Shown: one piece after another, positions 42,562 through 52,182 of the stretch
How the letters are laid out: every line of letters starts with the position of its first letter
Numbering within the stretch: position 1 is the first letter of the stretch
From: an uncultured Actinomycetes bacterium
GTDB lineage: Bacteria; Actinomycetota; UBA4738; HRBIN12
Direction: 5' to 3'
DNA: 64,000 bases
NCBI GenBank assembly: GCA_963810915.1
Contig: CAWEPH010000006.1
Coordinates: forward strand, 939,030-1,003,029
Translations under genes and position numbers: made by a program
The notes under the pieces: generated by a model
What the model saw: only the letters and a program-made list of their open reading frames with translations
What the model was told of the DNA's origin: nothing
Databases searched by the model: none

Positions 42562-44577
42562 GTGAGCGAGGGAGCGGGATCGAGCCCGTCGCGCGTGGCG
42601 TTGGCGTGGCTGCTCGTCGCGGCGGCGGTCGCGGTGGCGGCGTGGGCGGTCGCCCTGGGACTTCGCGACGGCGGGACGACCCAGGACACCTGGCTGTTCG
42701 TCGTGGCGGCCGGCTCCGTCACGACGGCCGCCGTCGGTGCTCTGATCGGGGGGAAGACCGGGAACGCGACGGGCTGGCTCCTCGCGGTCGGCGGCGTTGG
42801 GCTCGGGGTAGGGGTCCTGCTGGGCCAGGCGGCGTCCGGGTGCGGCGAGCCGGCCGCGCTGACCGCCATCCCGGCAACGTTCTCCGCCACGCCCGGCTGG
42901 CAGGTCGCCGGCTCCGTCGCCGGGGTCGCCGTCTGGGGCGCGTGCCTGGTCACCGCCGTGACCTTCTATCCGTTCGGCCCGTCGAGGATGCGGGACGGGT
43001 GGGCTGCAGAACGCCAATCGCTCGTGGCACCGGCATTGGCGTGGACGGGCGCCGTCGTGGCGACCGTTGCCGCCTCGGCTGCCGATGGGCGCGTCGCACC
43101 CTTCGGGGCCACCTCCGACCGGCTATGCGGGACGCCCTTCCCCGGGACGACGCGCCCCCCCGCACTCACCGCCGGCGTGGTCCTCCTGGCCCTCGGCGCG
43201 GCCGCGGCGCTGGCGATCGCCTGGCGGCGGGAACGCGCGGTGTCCGGGTCGGATCGGGCGCAACTGCTCCCCGTGGTGGCGACCGCGACCGTCGCCGCGC
43301 TCGCGCTCGCCGCCACGCTCCTGATCACCGAGCCGGGACCCCTGTGGGGAGACTCGTGGCCGTTCGTGGTGGCTTGGGCGCTCGCGGCCGTCGCCCTCCC
43401 GCTGGCGGTCGCCGTCACGATCGTCCGCTCGCACGCGTTCGGCATCTACCGGTTCGTGGGATTCATGGCGGACTACCGGATCTGGACGGCCGCCCTCGGG
43501 GTGGGCGCGATCGCGGCCGTGCTGGGGCTCACCTGGCTCATCGCCTGGATCCTCGGTGTCGATGATCTTCCCGTCGCCGTCGCGGCCGTGGCGCTCGCGA
43601 TGGGCGCGGCGGTGTATCCGTCCTGGCGGGGATGGCAGGCCCGGGTGGACGCGCGTTACGGCCAGCACCAGGAGGACCCCGCGGAGACCCTCGAGCGCCT
43701 CACGGCCGAGGTCGACGATCCCGCCCAGGTCCGAGGACCGGTCTTCGATCTCCTGGCCCGGGTGGCGCCGATGGTGGTGGTCCAGGGAGAGGCGGGGATG
43801 CGATTCCTCGTGTCCACCGACGATCGCGAGGTGGGCCGCCACACCTTCGTGCACGGGGGCTACGACCTCGGCACGATGCGCTGCGCGATGGACCTCCTCG
43901 CAGCGTCGCGGGGGGTCGTGCCGGGGATCGTGCTCGCAGGCGGCGCGGTCCTCGACATCGGAGCGAACATCGGAACCTCCGTGGTGCCGTTGCTCCGACT
44001 CTTCGGTGCGGACCGAGGGATCGCGGTCGAGCCCGCGCCCGGCAACGTGGAGCTCCTCCTGCTCAACATCGAACTGAACGATCTCGCCGGTCGCGTCGAC
44101 GTGATCCCGGTGGGAGCTTCGGACCGCGACGGGTTCCTCGAGCTCGCGCTCTCGGCCGAGAACTCGGGCGACCACCGGATGCGGGTCGGGACCGATGACG
44201 TGTTCGAACGCTCCAGCGTGACGGTACAGGTCCATCGCGTGGACACGTTGGTGGAGACGGGCGCGCTCGACCCGTCCGATCTCACGCTCGTCTGGTTGGA
44301 CGTGCAGGGCCACGAGGGGCACGTGCTGAGCGGCGCCACGTCGATCCTTCGCGGATCCGTCCCCCTGGTGAGCGAGTTCTGGCCCTCGGAGATGCGCCGC
44401 ACCGGCGGACTCCTCGCGTTCACGGACGCGGTCTCGGAGCACTTCGGACGCATGATCGATCTGCGCCGCACCCAGGACGAAGGGGCGACGGTGGACGCGC
44501 CGGCCTCGGAGATCGCGACGTGGACCCAGCGGTACGAAGACGAGGGCGCGTTCACGGACCTCCTGCTCCTCCCGTAG
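42562..44577 (+). CDS. Polytopic membrane domain (~370 aa, at least 8 TM) fused to C-terminal FkbM-family methyltransferase domain
   Basis: The C-terminal ~250 aa carry the FkbM motif LDIGANIGTSVVPLLRLFG...IAVEPAPGNVELLLLNIELN. Confidence 0.65.
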   Translation: MSEGAGSSPSRVALAWLLVAAAVAVAAWAVALGLRDGGTTQDTWLFVVAAGSVTTAAVGALIGGKTGNATGWLLAVGGVGLGVGVLLGQAASGCGEPAALTAIPATFSATPGWQVAGSVAGVAVWGACLVTAVTFYPFGPSRMRDGWAAERQSLVAPALAWTGAVVATVAASAADGRVAPFGATSDRLCGTPFPGTTRPPALTAGVVLLALGAAAALAIAWRRERAVSGSDRAQLLPVVATATVAALALAATLLITEPGPLWGDSWPFVVAWALAAVALPLAVAVTIVRSHAFGIYRFVGFMADYRIWTAALGVGAIAAVLGLTWLIAWILGVDDLPVAVAAVALAMGAAVYPSWRGWQARVDARYGQHQEDPAETLERLTAEVDDPAQVRGPVFDLLARVAPMVVVQGEAGMRFLVSTDDREVGRHTFVHGGYDLGTMRCAMDLLAASRGVVPGIVLAGGAVLDIGANIGTSVVPLLRLFGADRGIAVEPAPGNVELLLLNIELNDLAGRVDVIPVGASDRDGFLELALSAENSGDHRMRVGTDDVFERSSVTVQVHRVDTLVETGALDPSDLTLVWLDVQGHEGHVLSGATSILRGSVPLVSEFWPSEMRRTGGLLAFTDAVSEHFGRMIDLRRTQDEGATVDAPASEIATWTQRYEDEGAFTDLLLLP

Positions 44578-45688
44578 GGGCGACGATCGGCTCGGTGCCG
44601 TCGGATGCCGCTTCGATCGGGTGCATGAGCTCGGCGGCCAGCCGATCGAACGCTCGGGCGAGACGCCCGCGCGCGGGCATGAGCCGTCCGTGATCCTGCG
44701 CGCGCGCCACGCCGCGTTCGAACGGCACGACGGCGAGCGGCTCGACCCCGAACACCCGACGGACGTCGGCGGGCGTGATCTCGCTCCGTACAGACCTGTT
44801 CACCACGAACCCGATCCGGTCGCCGGCCCCGATCGGCAGGAGGGCCTCGAGCGCGCGTGTAGCCGCGCGGAACGAGAGCACGTCCAGCGAGAGCACCTCG
44901 ATCACCCGGTCCGCCTCGGCGACCGCCGCGCGCCCCAGCGGATCGAGTGCGCGCGGGAGATGCAGGACCAACGCGTCACAGGCCGTTGCCGCCGCGCCCG
45001 TCAACGAGCGCAGATCCTCTGCGCGGACGGAAGCCGCCTGCTCGGGAACCGGCGGGAGCAGCAGGCGGATGCCGCTCGGATGGGTCCAAAGTGCCTCGCC
45101 GAGATGCTCGGCCGAGAGCTCGTCGACGAGTGGAAGCAGGTCCGCGACCGTGTGCACGTCCTCCGTGGGGGCGCCGAGCGCGGCCGCCACGTCGCCGTAG
45201 AGCGGATCGGCGTCCAGCACGACGCAATCCAGACCGCGCCGGACGACGGCGGCGGCCAGGTGGGTCGCCACGAACGTCGTGCCAGCTCCCCCGCGCGCTC
45301 CGTGCACCGCGACGACCCGGGCACGCCGCTCCTCGATCCCCCCCGAGATCACGGTGGCCGCCGCGGCGCCCGCGAGGGCGTCGCGGTCGGCGGGCCACAG
45401 GTAGAAGCCGTGCGCGCCCGCCTGGATGGCCGCGCGCAGCGACGCCACGGACTCCCTCGTGTCGAGCGCCAGGAGGGAGGTTCCGCGTACCCCGGCCGGA
45501 TCGACGAGAGAGGGCTGGGCGACGACGGCGTCGGGCTCCAGCTGTCGGATGGCGGCGGCGAGCTGACGGTCGTCCTGCGCGGTGGCCACCACGCGTGCCG
45601 ACCCGCTGCGGTCCAGGAAGTGCATCACCTCCTCGACGACGTCGGGCGCTTCGAGCGCCAGCACCACGCGTGCGATCTGTTCCACCAC
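44552..45688 (-). CDS. ssd: Ssd / CpaE-like ATPase of the actinobacterial helicase/secretion neighbourhood (TIGR03815-like; Rv3660c-like)
   Basis: N-terminal receiver-like domain followed by a MinD/ParA-type deviant Walker A (VAVHGARGGAGTTFVATHLAAA). GTG start with GGGAGGAG 3 nt upstream. Confidence 0.7.
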   Translation of the reverse strand: MVEQIARVVLALEAPDVVEEVMHFLDRSGSARVVATAQDDRQLAAAIRQLEPDAVVAQPSLVDPAGVRGTSLLALDTRESVASLRAAIQAGAHGFYLWPADRDALAGAAAATVISGGIEERRARVVAVHGARGGAGTTFVATHLAAAVVRRGLDCVVLDADPLYGDVAAALGAPTEDVHTVADLLPLVDELSAEHLGEALWTHPSGIRLLLPPVPEQAASVRAEDLRSLTGAAATACDALVLHLPRALDPLGRAAVAEADRVIEVLSLDVLSFRAATRALEALLPIGAGDRIGFVVNRSVRSEITPADVRRVFGVEPLAVVPFERGVARAQDHGRLMPARGRLARAFDRLAAELMHPIEAASDGTEPIVAPTGGAGGP

Positions 45689-45819
45689 CGGCTCCTCCCG
45701 GGGTCGCAGGGGAGGCGAGCCTGGAGGCAGCCACCGTAGGCCGTCGGACTGCTCTGGGGCCGTGACGCAGGTCACGTCGGAGCGGCGCAGACGCGCGTCT
45801 CGCCCCGTAGGCTGGGCCG

Positions 45820-47055
45820 GTGCCGCCGCGTCCCTCCCCCAGCGCAGCCGTCCGCCGTCGACGCACGTTCGCGGTCCTGATCGCCGCGCTCTTCCTGGTG
45901 CTCGGCGGCGTGGTGTTCTTCGCACCGCACGCGTCGGCGCCACTCCCCACCGGGACGGCCGCCGCGCACGGCAGTGTCACGCCGAGCGCCTCGTCGACGT
46001 CCGCGCCCGCCGAGGCCGCCCCCACGGCTTACCTCGCGTGGATGTCGGGCGGGTTCCCGCCCGCGGTGCGTACCGGGGTCCGCTCCCTCCCGCACATCAC
46101 GCACTCGGTCGTCGTTGCCGGCGACACGCGTTGGATGACCGCCTCCCACGCCGCCGACGGGTCCGTCGCAGATGATCCACGGGACCCACTCGGCATCCCG
46201 ATCGACGCGTTCAGCGTGGACCCCGGTGCGTACGCGCCGTTCCTGCCCGCGGACCTGCGCGATGCCGTCGTCAGCACGCTGCGCGCGGGCGAGGGGGTGA
46301 TCGGGCAGGCCAGTGCGGATCTGCGAGGCATCGGGGCGGGCGGCACGATGACGTTCGGGGACCGGACCGTGAAGATCGGCCTCGTCGCACCCGACGATGC
46401 GGTCGGCTGGAGCGAGCTCCTCGTCTCCCGCGACGTGGGCCGGTCTCTCGGGATCCTCGACGAGCGCTACCTGCTCGCGCAGATGCAGCCGCAACCCACC
46501 GATGCCGCGTTCGGCAGGTTGATCGGATCGCTCCTGCCCGGCGGGACCCCGCTACGGGTGCAGCACACCGGCGAGACGCCGTACCTGCGTGTGGCGAGCG
46601 GCGTGAACCCGCCCGTCGTGATGAAGGAGACGTTCGGCGAGTTCGCGGCGCACCCCGACCCATCGGATCCCGCCTACCTCACGATCGATCCGGCCTGGGT
46701 CCGCGCGCGCATCCAGACGAGATCCGTGCCGCTGTTGGGTCGGATCACGTGCAATCGCGCCCTCTTCCCGATGTTGATCGCGTCGCTGAACGATGTGCGG
46801 CAAGCGGGCCTCGGGAACCTGATCCATACCAACTCCGGCTGCTACGCCGCGCGGACGGTGGCCCGCAGCCCCACGGCGCCGCCCTCCAACCACGCGTACG
46901 GAGCGGCCGTCGACATCAACGCGCCGGAGAACCCGTATGGCGCCACCCCGACGATGGATCCACGGGTCGTGCGGATCTTCGAGGCCCACGGATTCCTCTG
47001 GGGCGGGGACTTCCTGATCCCCGACGGGATGCACTTCGAGTACGGCTCGGGCTGA
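45820..47055 (+). CDS. Membrane-anchored peptidase M15 (LAS-family D-Ala-D-Ala carboxypeptidase/VanY-like) domain protein
   Basis: N-terminal TM. C-terminal SNHAYGAAVDIN...GFLWGGDF...DGMHFEY is the H-x6-D / H motif set of the M15 zinc peptidase fold. Confidence 0.65.
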   Translation: MPPRPSPSAAVRRRRTFAVLIAALFLVLGGVVFFAPHASAPLPTGTAAAHGSVTPSASSTSAPAEAAPTAYLAWMSGGFPPAVRTGVRSLPHITHSVVVAGDTRWMTASHAADGSVADDPRDPLGIPIDAFSVDPGAYAPFLPADLRDAVVSTLRAGEGVIGQASADLRGIGAGGTMTFGDRTVKIGLVAPDDAVGWSELLVSRDVGRSLGILDERYLLAQMQPQPTDAAFGRLIGSLLPGGTPLRVQHTGETPYLRVASGVNPPVVMKETFGEFAAHPDPSDPAYLTIDPAWVRARIQTRSVPLLGRITCNRALFPMLIASLNDVRQAGLGNLIHTNSGCYAARTVARSPTAPPSNHAYGAAVDINAPENPYGATPTMDPRVVRIFEAHGFLWGGDFLIPDGMHFEYGSG

Positions 47056-47172
47056 ACGGCCCTGAGCCCGCGGGCCGCTCGCGGACCCGATGCGCCCGAG
47101 CGACCTGGGACCAGCGGCCCCGGGCGTTCATCCGGCCTCCCGGTATCCCTTGTAGTAGGAGACAGGAGGTGC

Positions 47173-47799
47173 GTGATGGTCCGCACTGCCGCGAAGATCG
47201 ATCTGAAGCACGAACTCGGCGACCTCTACAAGGCGCGGAGCCAACCGATGGTGGTCGAGGTGCCGGAGCTGGACTTCCTGATGATCGACGGCCATGGCGA
47301 GCCCGCCGGGCCGGCGTTCCAGGAGTCCGTGGACGCGCTCTACGCGGCAGCCTACGGGTTGAAGTTCCGCGTTCGGGCGTTGGACGGTGCGGACTACCGG
47401 GTGATGCCCCTGGAGGGGCTCTGGTGGATCCCGAACGCGCGCGTTTGGGACTTCGAGGACAAGTCCGACTGGGACTGGACGCTCATGATCGTCCAGCCCG
47501 AGATCGTCACCGCCGATCTCGTCCGAGAGGTGATGGCCGCGGTCCGCGTCAAGCGTGGTTCCCCGGCCCTCGAGCGTGTGCGGCTCGAGGCGTACGAGGA
47601 AGGCCTGTCGGTCCAGACGATGCACGTCGGCCCATGGGAGGCCGAGCGTCCCACCCTCGAACGGTTGCAGTTGTTCATCGCGGAGTCCGATCTGGTGCCC
47701 GTCGGCAAGCACCACGAGATCTACCTCAGCGACCCCGGCCGCGTGGCGCCGGATCGGATGCGGACGATCGTGCGCCAGCCCGTCGTACGCAGGACCTGA
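47173..47799 (+). CDS. GyrI-like small-molecule-binding domain protein
   Basis: 208-aa ORF. Family assignment from overall pattern is moderate. Confidence 0.45.
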   Translation: MMVRTAAKIDLKHELGDLYKARSQPMVVEVPELDFLMIDGHGEPAGPAFQESVDALYAAAYGLKFRVRALDGADYRVMPLEGLWWIPNARVWDFEDKSDWDWTLMIVQPEIVTADLVREVMAAVRVKRGSPALERVRLEAYEEGLSVQTMHVGPWEAERPTLERLQLFIAESDLVPVGKHHEIYLSDPGRVAPDRMRTIVRQPVVRRT

Positions 47800-47838
47800 A
47801 CGCCACGGTGTCTGTGAGCCGGAGTAGGCTCTTGGCCC

Positions 47839-48099
47839 ATGGCGGTGGTGAGGCTTCGCGCGCCGTTGCGGGAGCGTGCCGGGGGGAACGCACATCACGA
47901 CCTCCCCGGAACGACCGTGGGCGACGTGCTTCGTGAGTTGGAGCGTCGATATCCGCCCGTGTCCGGCTGGATCCTCGATGAACAGGGGCGGGTCCGCGCA
48001 CACGTGAACGTCTTCGTGAACGGCGAACGCACCCGGGAGGACACGCCGCTCGCGCCGGACGACGTGATCCAGGTCCTCCCGTCGATCTCAGGGGGTTAG
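47839..48099 (+). CDS. MoaD/ThiS-family small sulfur-carrier-like protein (C-terminal GG)
   Basis: 86-aa ORF ending ...DDVIQVLPSISGG*. 3-nt gap to the downstream BNR-repeat gene. Confidence 0.55.
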   Translation: MAVVRLRAPLRERAGGNAHHDLPGTTVGDVLRELERRYPPVSGWILDEQGRVRAHVNVFVNGERTREDTPLAPDDVIQVLPSISGG

Positions 48100-48102
48100 G
48101 AC

Positions 48103-49173
48103 GTGACGGAGCTGTTGGTGGGTACCAAGAAGGGTCTCTTCGTGCTGCGCGGCGACCCGGCGCAGCGCGATCGGTTCGCGCTGGTGACGCGCGAATTCGC
48201 CGGCGACGTCGTGGAGTTCGCCATCAAGGATCCACGCACGGGTCGCTACTTCGCCTCGGTGACCTCGGGGTTCTACGGACCACGGCTGATGTTCACCGAC
48301 GATCCGACGGGCGAGTGGCAGCAGGCCTCCGGTCCCGCGTTCCCCGAGGGGACCGAGACCTCGCTCGAGCGCATCTGGGTCGTCAAGCCGGGCGAGGCCG
48401 ACGGCGTGCTCTACGCCGGCGTCGCCCCGGCCGCGCTGTTCGAGAGCAGGGACGACGGCGAGACCTGGACGCTGAACGAGGCGTTGTGGAAGGAGCGCGA
48501 GGCCGGCGACTGGAACCCGGGGGCCGGCGGGCTCGCGTTGCATTCCATCTGCCCGTGGCCGGGGGACCCTCGTCGACTGGCCATCGGCGTGAGCGCCGCC
48601 GGCGTCTGGATCACGGAGGACGCGGGCCAGACCTGGAGGACCGGCTACCCCGGCCTCGTTCCCCAGTACGTGCCCGAGGAGGCGCGGGCGACCACCAACG
48701 CCCTCTGCGTGCACAACATGCATCGCGCGCCGCTGCGGCCGGAGCGCCTCTTCCTGCAGTTCCACGGGAGCGTCTACCGCAGCGACGACGCCGGCGCCAC
48801 GTGGAACGACATCGCCGAAGGCCTGCCGAGCGGCTTCGGCTTCCCGCTCGTGATCGACCCCGGCGACCCCGACAGCGCGTTCGTGATCCCGCTCACGGCC
48901 GACGTCGACCGCGTCACGCCCGATGGGCGGATGCGCGTCTACGGCACGCGCGATGCGGGCGCGTCGTGGACGGCGCTCGCCGACGGGCTCCCCGACGACG
49001 AGGCGTACCTCACCATCCTGCGTCAGGCATTCGATCGCGAGGGGTCGGGCGACGACCTGGGCCTCTTCTTCGGGGCGACGAGCGGGGACGTCTTCGGATC
49101 GGCGGACGCGGGCGCGCACTGGTTCTCCGTGCACGACCGCCTGGCGCCGGTCACGAGCGTCCGGGTCGCCTGA
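48103..49173 (+). CDS. BNR/Asp-box repeat beta-propeller protein (Ycf48-like / sialidase-like fold)
   Basis: Four or more Asp-box repeats: SRDDGETW, TEDAGQTW, SDDAGATW, TRDAGASW, SADAGAHW. Confidence 0.65.
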   Translation: MTELLVGTKKGLFVLRGDPAQRDRFALVTREFAGDVVEFAIKDPRTGRYFASVTSGFYGPRLMFTDDPTGEWQQASGPAFPEGTETSLERIWVVKPGEADGVLYAGVAPAALFESRDDGETWTLNEALWKEREAGDWNPGAGGLALHSICPWPGDPRRLAIGVSAAGVWITEDAGQTWRTGYPGLVPQYVPEEARATTNALCVHNMHRAPLRPERLFLQFHGSVYRSDDAGATWNDIAEGLPSGFGFPLVIDPGDPDSAFVIPLTADVDRVTPDGRMRVYGTRDAGASWTALADGLPDDEAYLTILRQAFDREGSGDDLGLFFGATSGDVFGSADAGAHWFSVHDRLAPVTSVRVA

Positions 49174-49217
49174 GAGGTCCCACGATCCGTGTCAGACCCC
49201 CTCACTATGGTGAGGAC

Positions 49218-49469
49218 ATGGCACAGATCATCTCGCTCGATGAGTACCGGAGGCGACGCGCCCGCGGGGTGTCGTCGCTGCAACGGCTCGACCTCGCGGT
49301 CGGACGGCTCGAACCCCTGGTGGAGGGACGCGAGGGACACATGTCGCCGGCCGTCGAGCGGGAGCTGACGCGGATCGCGACCGCCGTCTCCGCAGGATTG
49401 CCCGATGTCGCCGCGGCACGCGCGGAACGGCTCGCGGACCTCCTGGAGCACCCCGCCGCCCTCGGCTGA
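49218..49469 (+). CDS. Hypothetical small protein
   Basis: 83-aa ORF with GGTGAGGA upstream of the ATG. No family recognised. Confidence 0.35.
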   Translation: MAQIISLDEYRRRRARGVSSLQRLDLAVGRLEPLVEGREGHMSPAVERELTRIATAVSAGLPDVAAARAERLADLLEHPAALG

Positions 49470-49535
49470 GGCCGTTCGGGCCCAGACGCGATGCGAGGGG
49501 AGCAGGTATCAAGCGTCTCGTCTGCACGTGCTCGG

Positions 49536-49556
49536 GAGCCGGGGACTGATCGCCCC
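49536..49556. terminator. GC-rich hairpin (CCGGGG-actgatcg-CCCCGG) between convergent genes
   Basis: Perfect 6-bp inverted repeat in the 215-bp gap between the 49218..49469 (+) and HAD (-) genes. No U-tract. Confidence 0.3.
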
Positions 49557-49683
49557 GGGTCCTGAGCATGCCTCCCGCGGCATGACTCGCGCGTGGGTTC
49601 TGCTCCCCTCGCGGTCACCTCTCGGCGACCGCCGCCAACGTACCCCGGCCTGGAACGGGCCGCAAACGCCGAGCGTCCGGCCC

Positions 49684-50496
49684 TCAGGACGCGCTGCGAT
49701 CGCCGCGCGAGCGGAGCGCGACCCACACGAGCACGGCCGCCACCGCCACGGCCCCCACCGCCGCCGCAGGGATCGTGGCCTTGGGCGCCGGCACCGTCTG
49801 GGCGATCCGGGTGCGCAAGCGCACCGGCCGGCGGAAATCGCGGATCTGCCAGCCGCGCTCCTCCGCCTCGCGCCGGAGCTCCTTGTCGGGATTGACCGCC
49901 ACCGGGTTCCCGACCTCGGCCAGCATCGGGAGGTCCGTGACGGAGTCGCTGTATGCGTAGGAGCGCGTGAGGTCGATCCCCACGCGATCGGCGAGCGAGC
50001 GGATCGCCTCCGCCTTCTGCTCGCCGTAAGCGTAGAACTCGAGCTCGCCCGTGTACTGACCGGTCTCGTCGATCGCCGCACGGGTGGCGATCACCCCGCT
50101 CACACCGAAGTGGCGCGCGAGGGGGCGGACGACCTCCTCCGGCGAGGACGACACGATGTAGATGCGGCGCCCCTCGCTGCGGTGCAGCGCCATCAGGTCG
50201 AGCGCCTCCTGATACACGTACGGATCGATCACCTCGAAGATGACCTCGCGCACCAACTGCTCGACCTGGTTCCGGTCCCACCCGCGGGTGAGGCTGAGCA
50301 TGCCCTCCTTCAGACGCTCCATCTTGTCCTCGTCCGCGCCCACCAGGAGGTAGACGAGCTGAGCGTACGCGCCGCGCAGGAGCTGGGTCCGCGAGACCAT
50401 CCCGGCGCGGTACAAGGGCCGGGAGAGCGCGAGCGACGAGGATCGCGAGATGATCGTCTTGTCGAGGTCGAAGAACGCCGCTTCCATCCCGTCCAT
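49684..50496 (-). CDS. HAD-superfamily subfamily IB hydrolase (phosphoserine-phosphatase-like) with C-terminal TM
   Basis: Motif I FFDLDKTII, motif II region, motif IV AYSDSVTDLPML. 12 nt downstream of padR on the same strand. Confidence 0.7.
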   Translation of the reverse strand: MDGMEAAFFDLDKTIISRSSSLALSRPLYRAGMVSRTQLLRGAYAQLVYLLVGADEDKMERLKEGMLSLTRGWDRNQVEQLVREVIFEVIDPYVYQEALDLMALHRSEGRRIYIVSSSPEEVVRPLARHFGVSGVIATRAAIDETGQYTGELEFYAYGEQKAEAIRSLADRVGIDLTRSYAYSDSVTDLPMLAEVGNPVAVNPDKELRREAEERGWQIRDFRRPVRLRTRIAQTVPAPKATIPAAAVGAVAVAAVLVWVALRSRGDRSAS

Positions 50497-50507
50497 CCTA
50501 CGGTGGC

Positions 50508-51056
50508 TCAACGACGGATCTTCCCGATCGACGATCGGAACGTCCGGAGCCACGTGAGCTCCGCGCGCGCCAGCGCCTCCTGCCGATCCAACATGGCGTC
50601 GGCCACCGACCGCGCCGGGCCATGCGCCCGGCCGCCGCGGGCGCGCTCGTCCGCGATCGCGTCCAACAGGTCGCGCACCGCGCGGTCTCGCGCCTCCACC
50701 GCCTTGCGGGCCTGCGGCGCGCTCAACAGGTGGGCGAACCCGAGCGCGAGGCCGGCGTCGGTCTCGTATGGAGTGAGCTCGTCGAACCGTTCGGCCAGGC
50801 CTTGGGCCAGCCTAGCCCGCCCGGTGCGCGAGATCCGATAGACGCGACGATCTGGCCCCTCGCTCCCCTCCTGCGCCCGGCCGCCGATCAGGCCTCGGCG
50901 CTCGAGGCGCAGCAGCGCCTGGTACACGGACGCCTTCCCTACCTCGGCCCAGAAGCTCATGCTCCGTGCCCGCATCCGCTCCAGCAGGTCATACCCGTAG
51001 AGCGGCTCCTCCGCCAGGCATCCCAGCACCACGACGTCGACCTTCGAGACGGCCAT
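50508..51056 (-). CDS. PadR-family transcriptional regulator
   Basis: Winged HTH VVLGCLAEEPLYGYDLLERM...ASVYQALLRLERRGLI. Confidence 0.8.
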   Translation of the reverse strand: MAVSKVDVVVLGCLAEEPLYGYDLLERMRARSMSFWAEVGKASVYQALLRLERRGLIGGRAQEGSEGPDRRVYRISRTGRARLAQGLAERFDELTPYETDAGLALGFAHLLSAPQARKAVEARDRAVRDLLDAIADERARGGRAHGPARSVADAMLDRQEALARAELTWLRTFRSSIGKIRR

Positions 51057-51066
51057 GCATCACTCC

Positions 51067-51085
51067 TAGTCTGATATGGACTAGT
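51067..51085. promoter_or_regulatory. AT-rich 6-7-6 inverted repeat CTAGTC-tgatatg-GACTAG in the padR/tag divergent intergenic region; candidate PadR operator
   Basis: Perfect palindrome, followed by a second partial one (GACTAGTAAGTC) at 51080-51091. Locally AT-rich in a >65% GC context. Confidence 0.5.
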
Positions 51086-51137
51086 AAGTCTAGCGCGCAG
51101 GGCGCGCGTGTCGGCAGCGCGAGGTAGCGTGGGCGCG

Positions 51138-51704
51138 ATGGCACGCGTGCGCTGCGCCTGGGTGGAGGGTTCCTCGGATCCGAGGATGGTCGCCTATCAC
51201 GACGAGGAGTGGGGCACGCCCTCGTACGACGACCGGCACCTGTTCGAGATGCTCGTGCTCGAGGGCGCGCAGGCGGGGCTGTCCTGGAAGACCATCCTCG
51301 ACAAGCGTGAGGGCTACGTTCGGGCCTTCGCCGGGTTCGACCCCGTCAAGGTGGCACGGTTCACCCCCGCCAAGGTCGAGCGTCTCCTGCGGGACCCGGG
51401 CATCGTGCGCAACCGACTGAAAGTGGGATCCGCGGTCGCCAACGCCAATGCGGTGCTCCGTGTCCAGGCGGAGTCCGGCTCCCTCAGCACGTACCTGTGG
51501 AGCTTCGTGGGAGGCGAGCCCTTGGTGAACGCCTTCACCGGCATCGCGCAGATCCCGTCGGAGACGGCGGAATCCCGCGCCATGAGCAAGGACCTGAAAC
51601 GCCGGGGCTTCCAGTTCGTCGGCCCGACGGTCTGCTACGCCTTCATGCAAGCAACGGGTCTCGTGAACGATCACGAGACCCGTTGCTTCCGCTATCCGCG
51701 CTGA
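51138..51704 (+). CDS. tag: DNA-3-methyladenine glycosylase I
   Basis: CAWVEGSSDPRMVAYHDEEWGTP...LFEMLVLEGAQAGLSW...VCYAFMQATGLVNDH. Zinc ligands and HhH core typical of Tag. Confidence 0.8.
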   Translation: MARVRCAWVEGSSDPRMVAYHDEEWGTPSYDDRHLFEMLVLEGAQAGLSWKTILDKREGYVRAFAGFDPVKVARFTPAKVERLLRDPGIVRNRLKVGSAVANANAVLRVQAESGSLSTYLWSFVGGEPLVNAFTGIAQIPSETAESRAMSKDLKRRGFQFVGPTVCYAFMQATGLVNDHETRCFRYPR

Positions 51705-51708
51705 GCGC

Positions 51709-52110
51709 TCAGATGGAAGCGCGCCCCACGCAGGTCTCCCCCGAGTGCACGTTCGTTGCGCGTGCCACGAACGCGTCGTGGCCGGCAGCGTCGTGGGCCA
51801 GCTTGGTGAACGTGAAGGATCCGCTCGGACGGCTCGTGGTCCGCCGCCCGCTCGCGATCTGCGTCCCGTTCTCGGCGAGCCGGACGCGCCAGGCCTGCCC
51901 CGAGACGTTCTGATCGACCTCGAACTCCACCTCGATCCCCGTGTCCTCCGTCTTGAGCTTCAGCTTCCAATGGCTCGATCCGCTGCACGAGCCGCTCTTC
52001 GTGACGCGCGGGCCGTGTGCGCCGTGTGTGGCGCGCGCCGCGGGCGCGAACGCGGTCAGCGAGGCGATCACGGCGGTGGCGGTGATGAGCCGCACCAGGG
52101 TGGTCTTCAT
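51709..52110 (-). CDS. Secreted hypothetical protein
   Basis: Signal peptide MKTTLVRLITATAVIASLTAFAPAARA. No family recognised. Confidence 0.4.
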   Translation of the reverse strand: MKTTLVRLITATAVIASLTAFAPAARATHGAHGPRVTKSGSCSGSSHWKLKLKTEDTGIEVEFEVDQNVSGQAWRVRLAENGTQIASGRRTTSRPSGSFTFTKLAHDAAGHDAFVARATNVHSGETCVGRASI

Positions 52111-52182
52111 GGAGCTCCCTCCTTCGGATGCACGACGTCCGTGCATGTCGGGGGTAGTACGGGCGCTCCGACGTCCGCGCCC

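Noticed and set aside
39910-43017. 1035-aa minus-strand ORF and 726-aa plus-strand ORF 40336..42516
   Set aside because: Each is a real gene (amidohydrolase; PPK2) artificially extended through antisense sequence of the neighbouring gene because stops are rare in GC-rich DNA. They were trimmed to the motif-supported parts.
44621-46175. Plus-strand ORFs 44621..45739 and 44947..45765, and minus-strand 44976..46025
   Set aside because: Alternate-frame or antisense to the ssd ATPase gene. Pro/Arg-rich, no motifs.
47072-47088. Inverted repeat CCGCG-ggccgct-CGCGG after the M15 peptidase gene
   Set aside because: A possible terminator, but in a GC-rich genome such short GC palindromes occur frequently by chance and there is no U-tract. 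Not reported as a feature.
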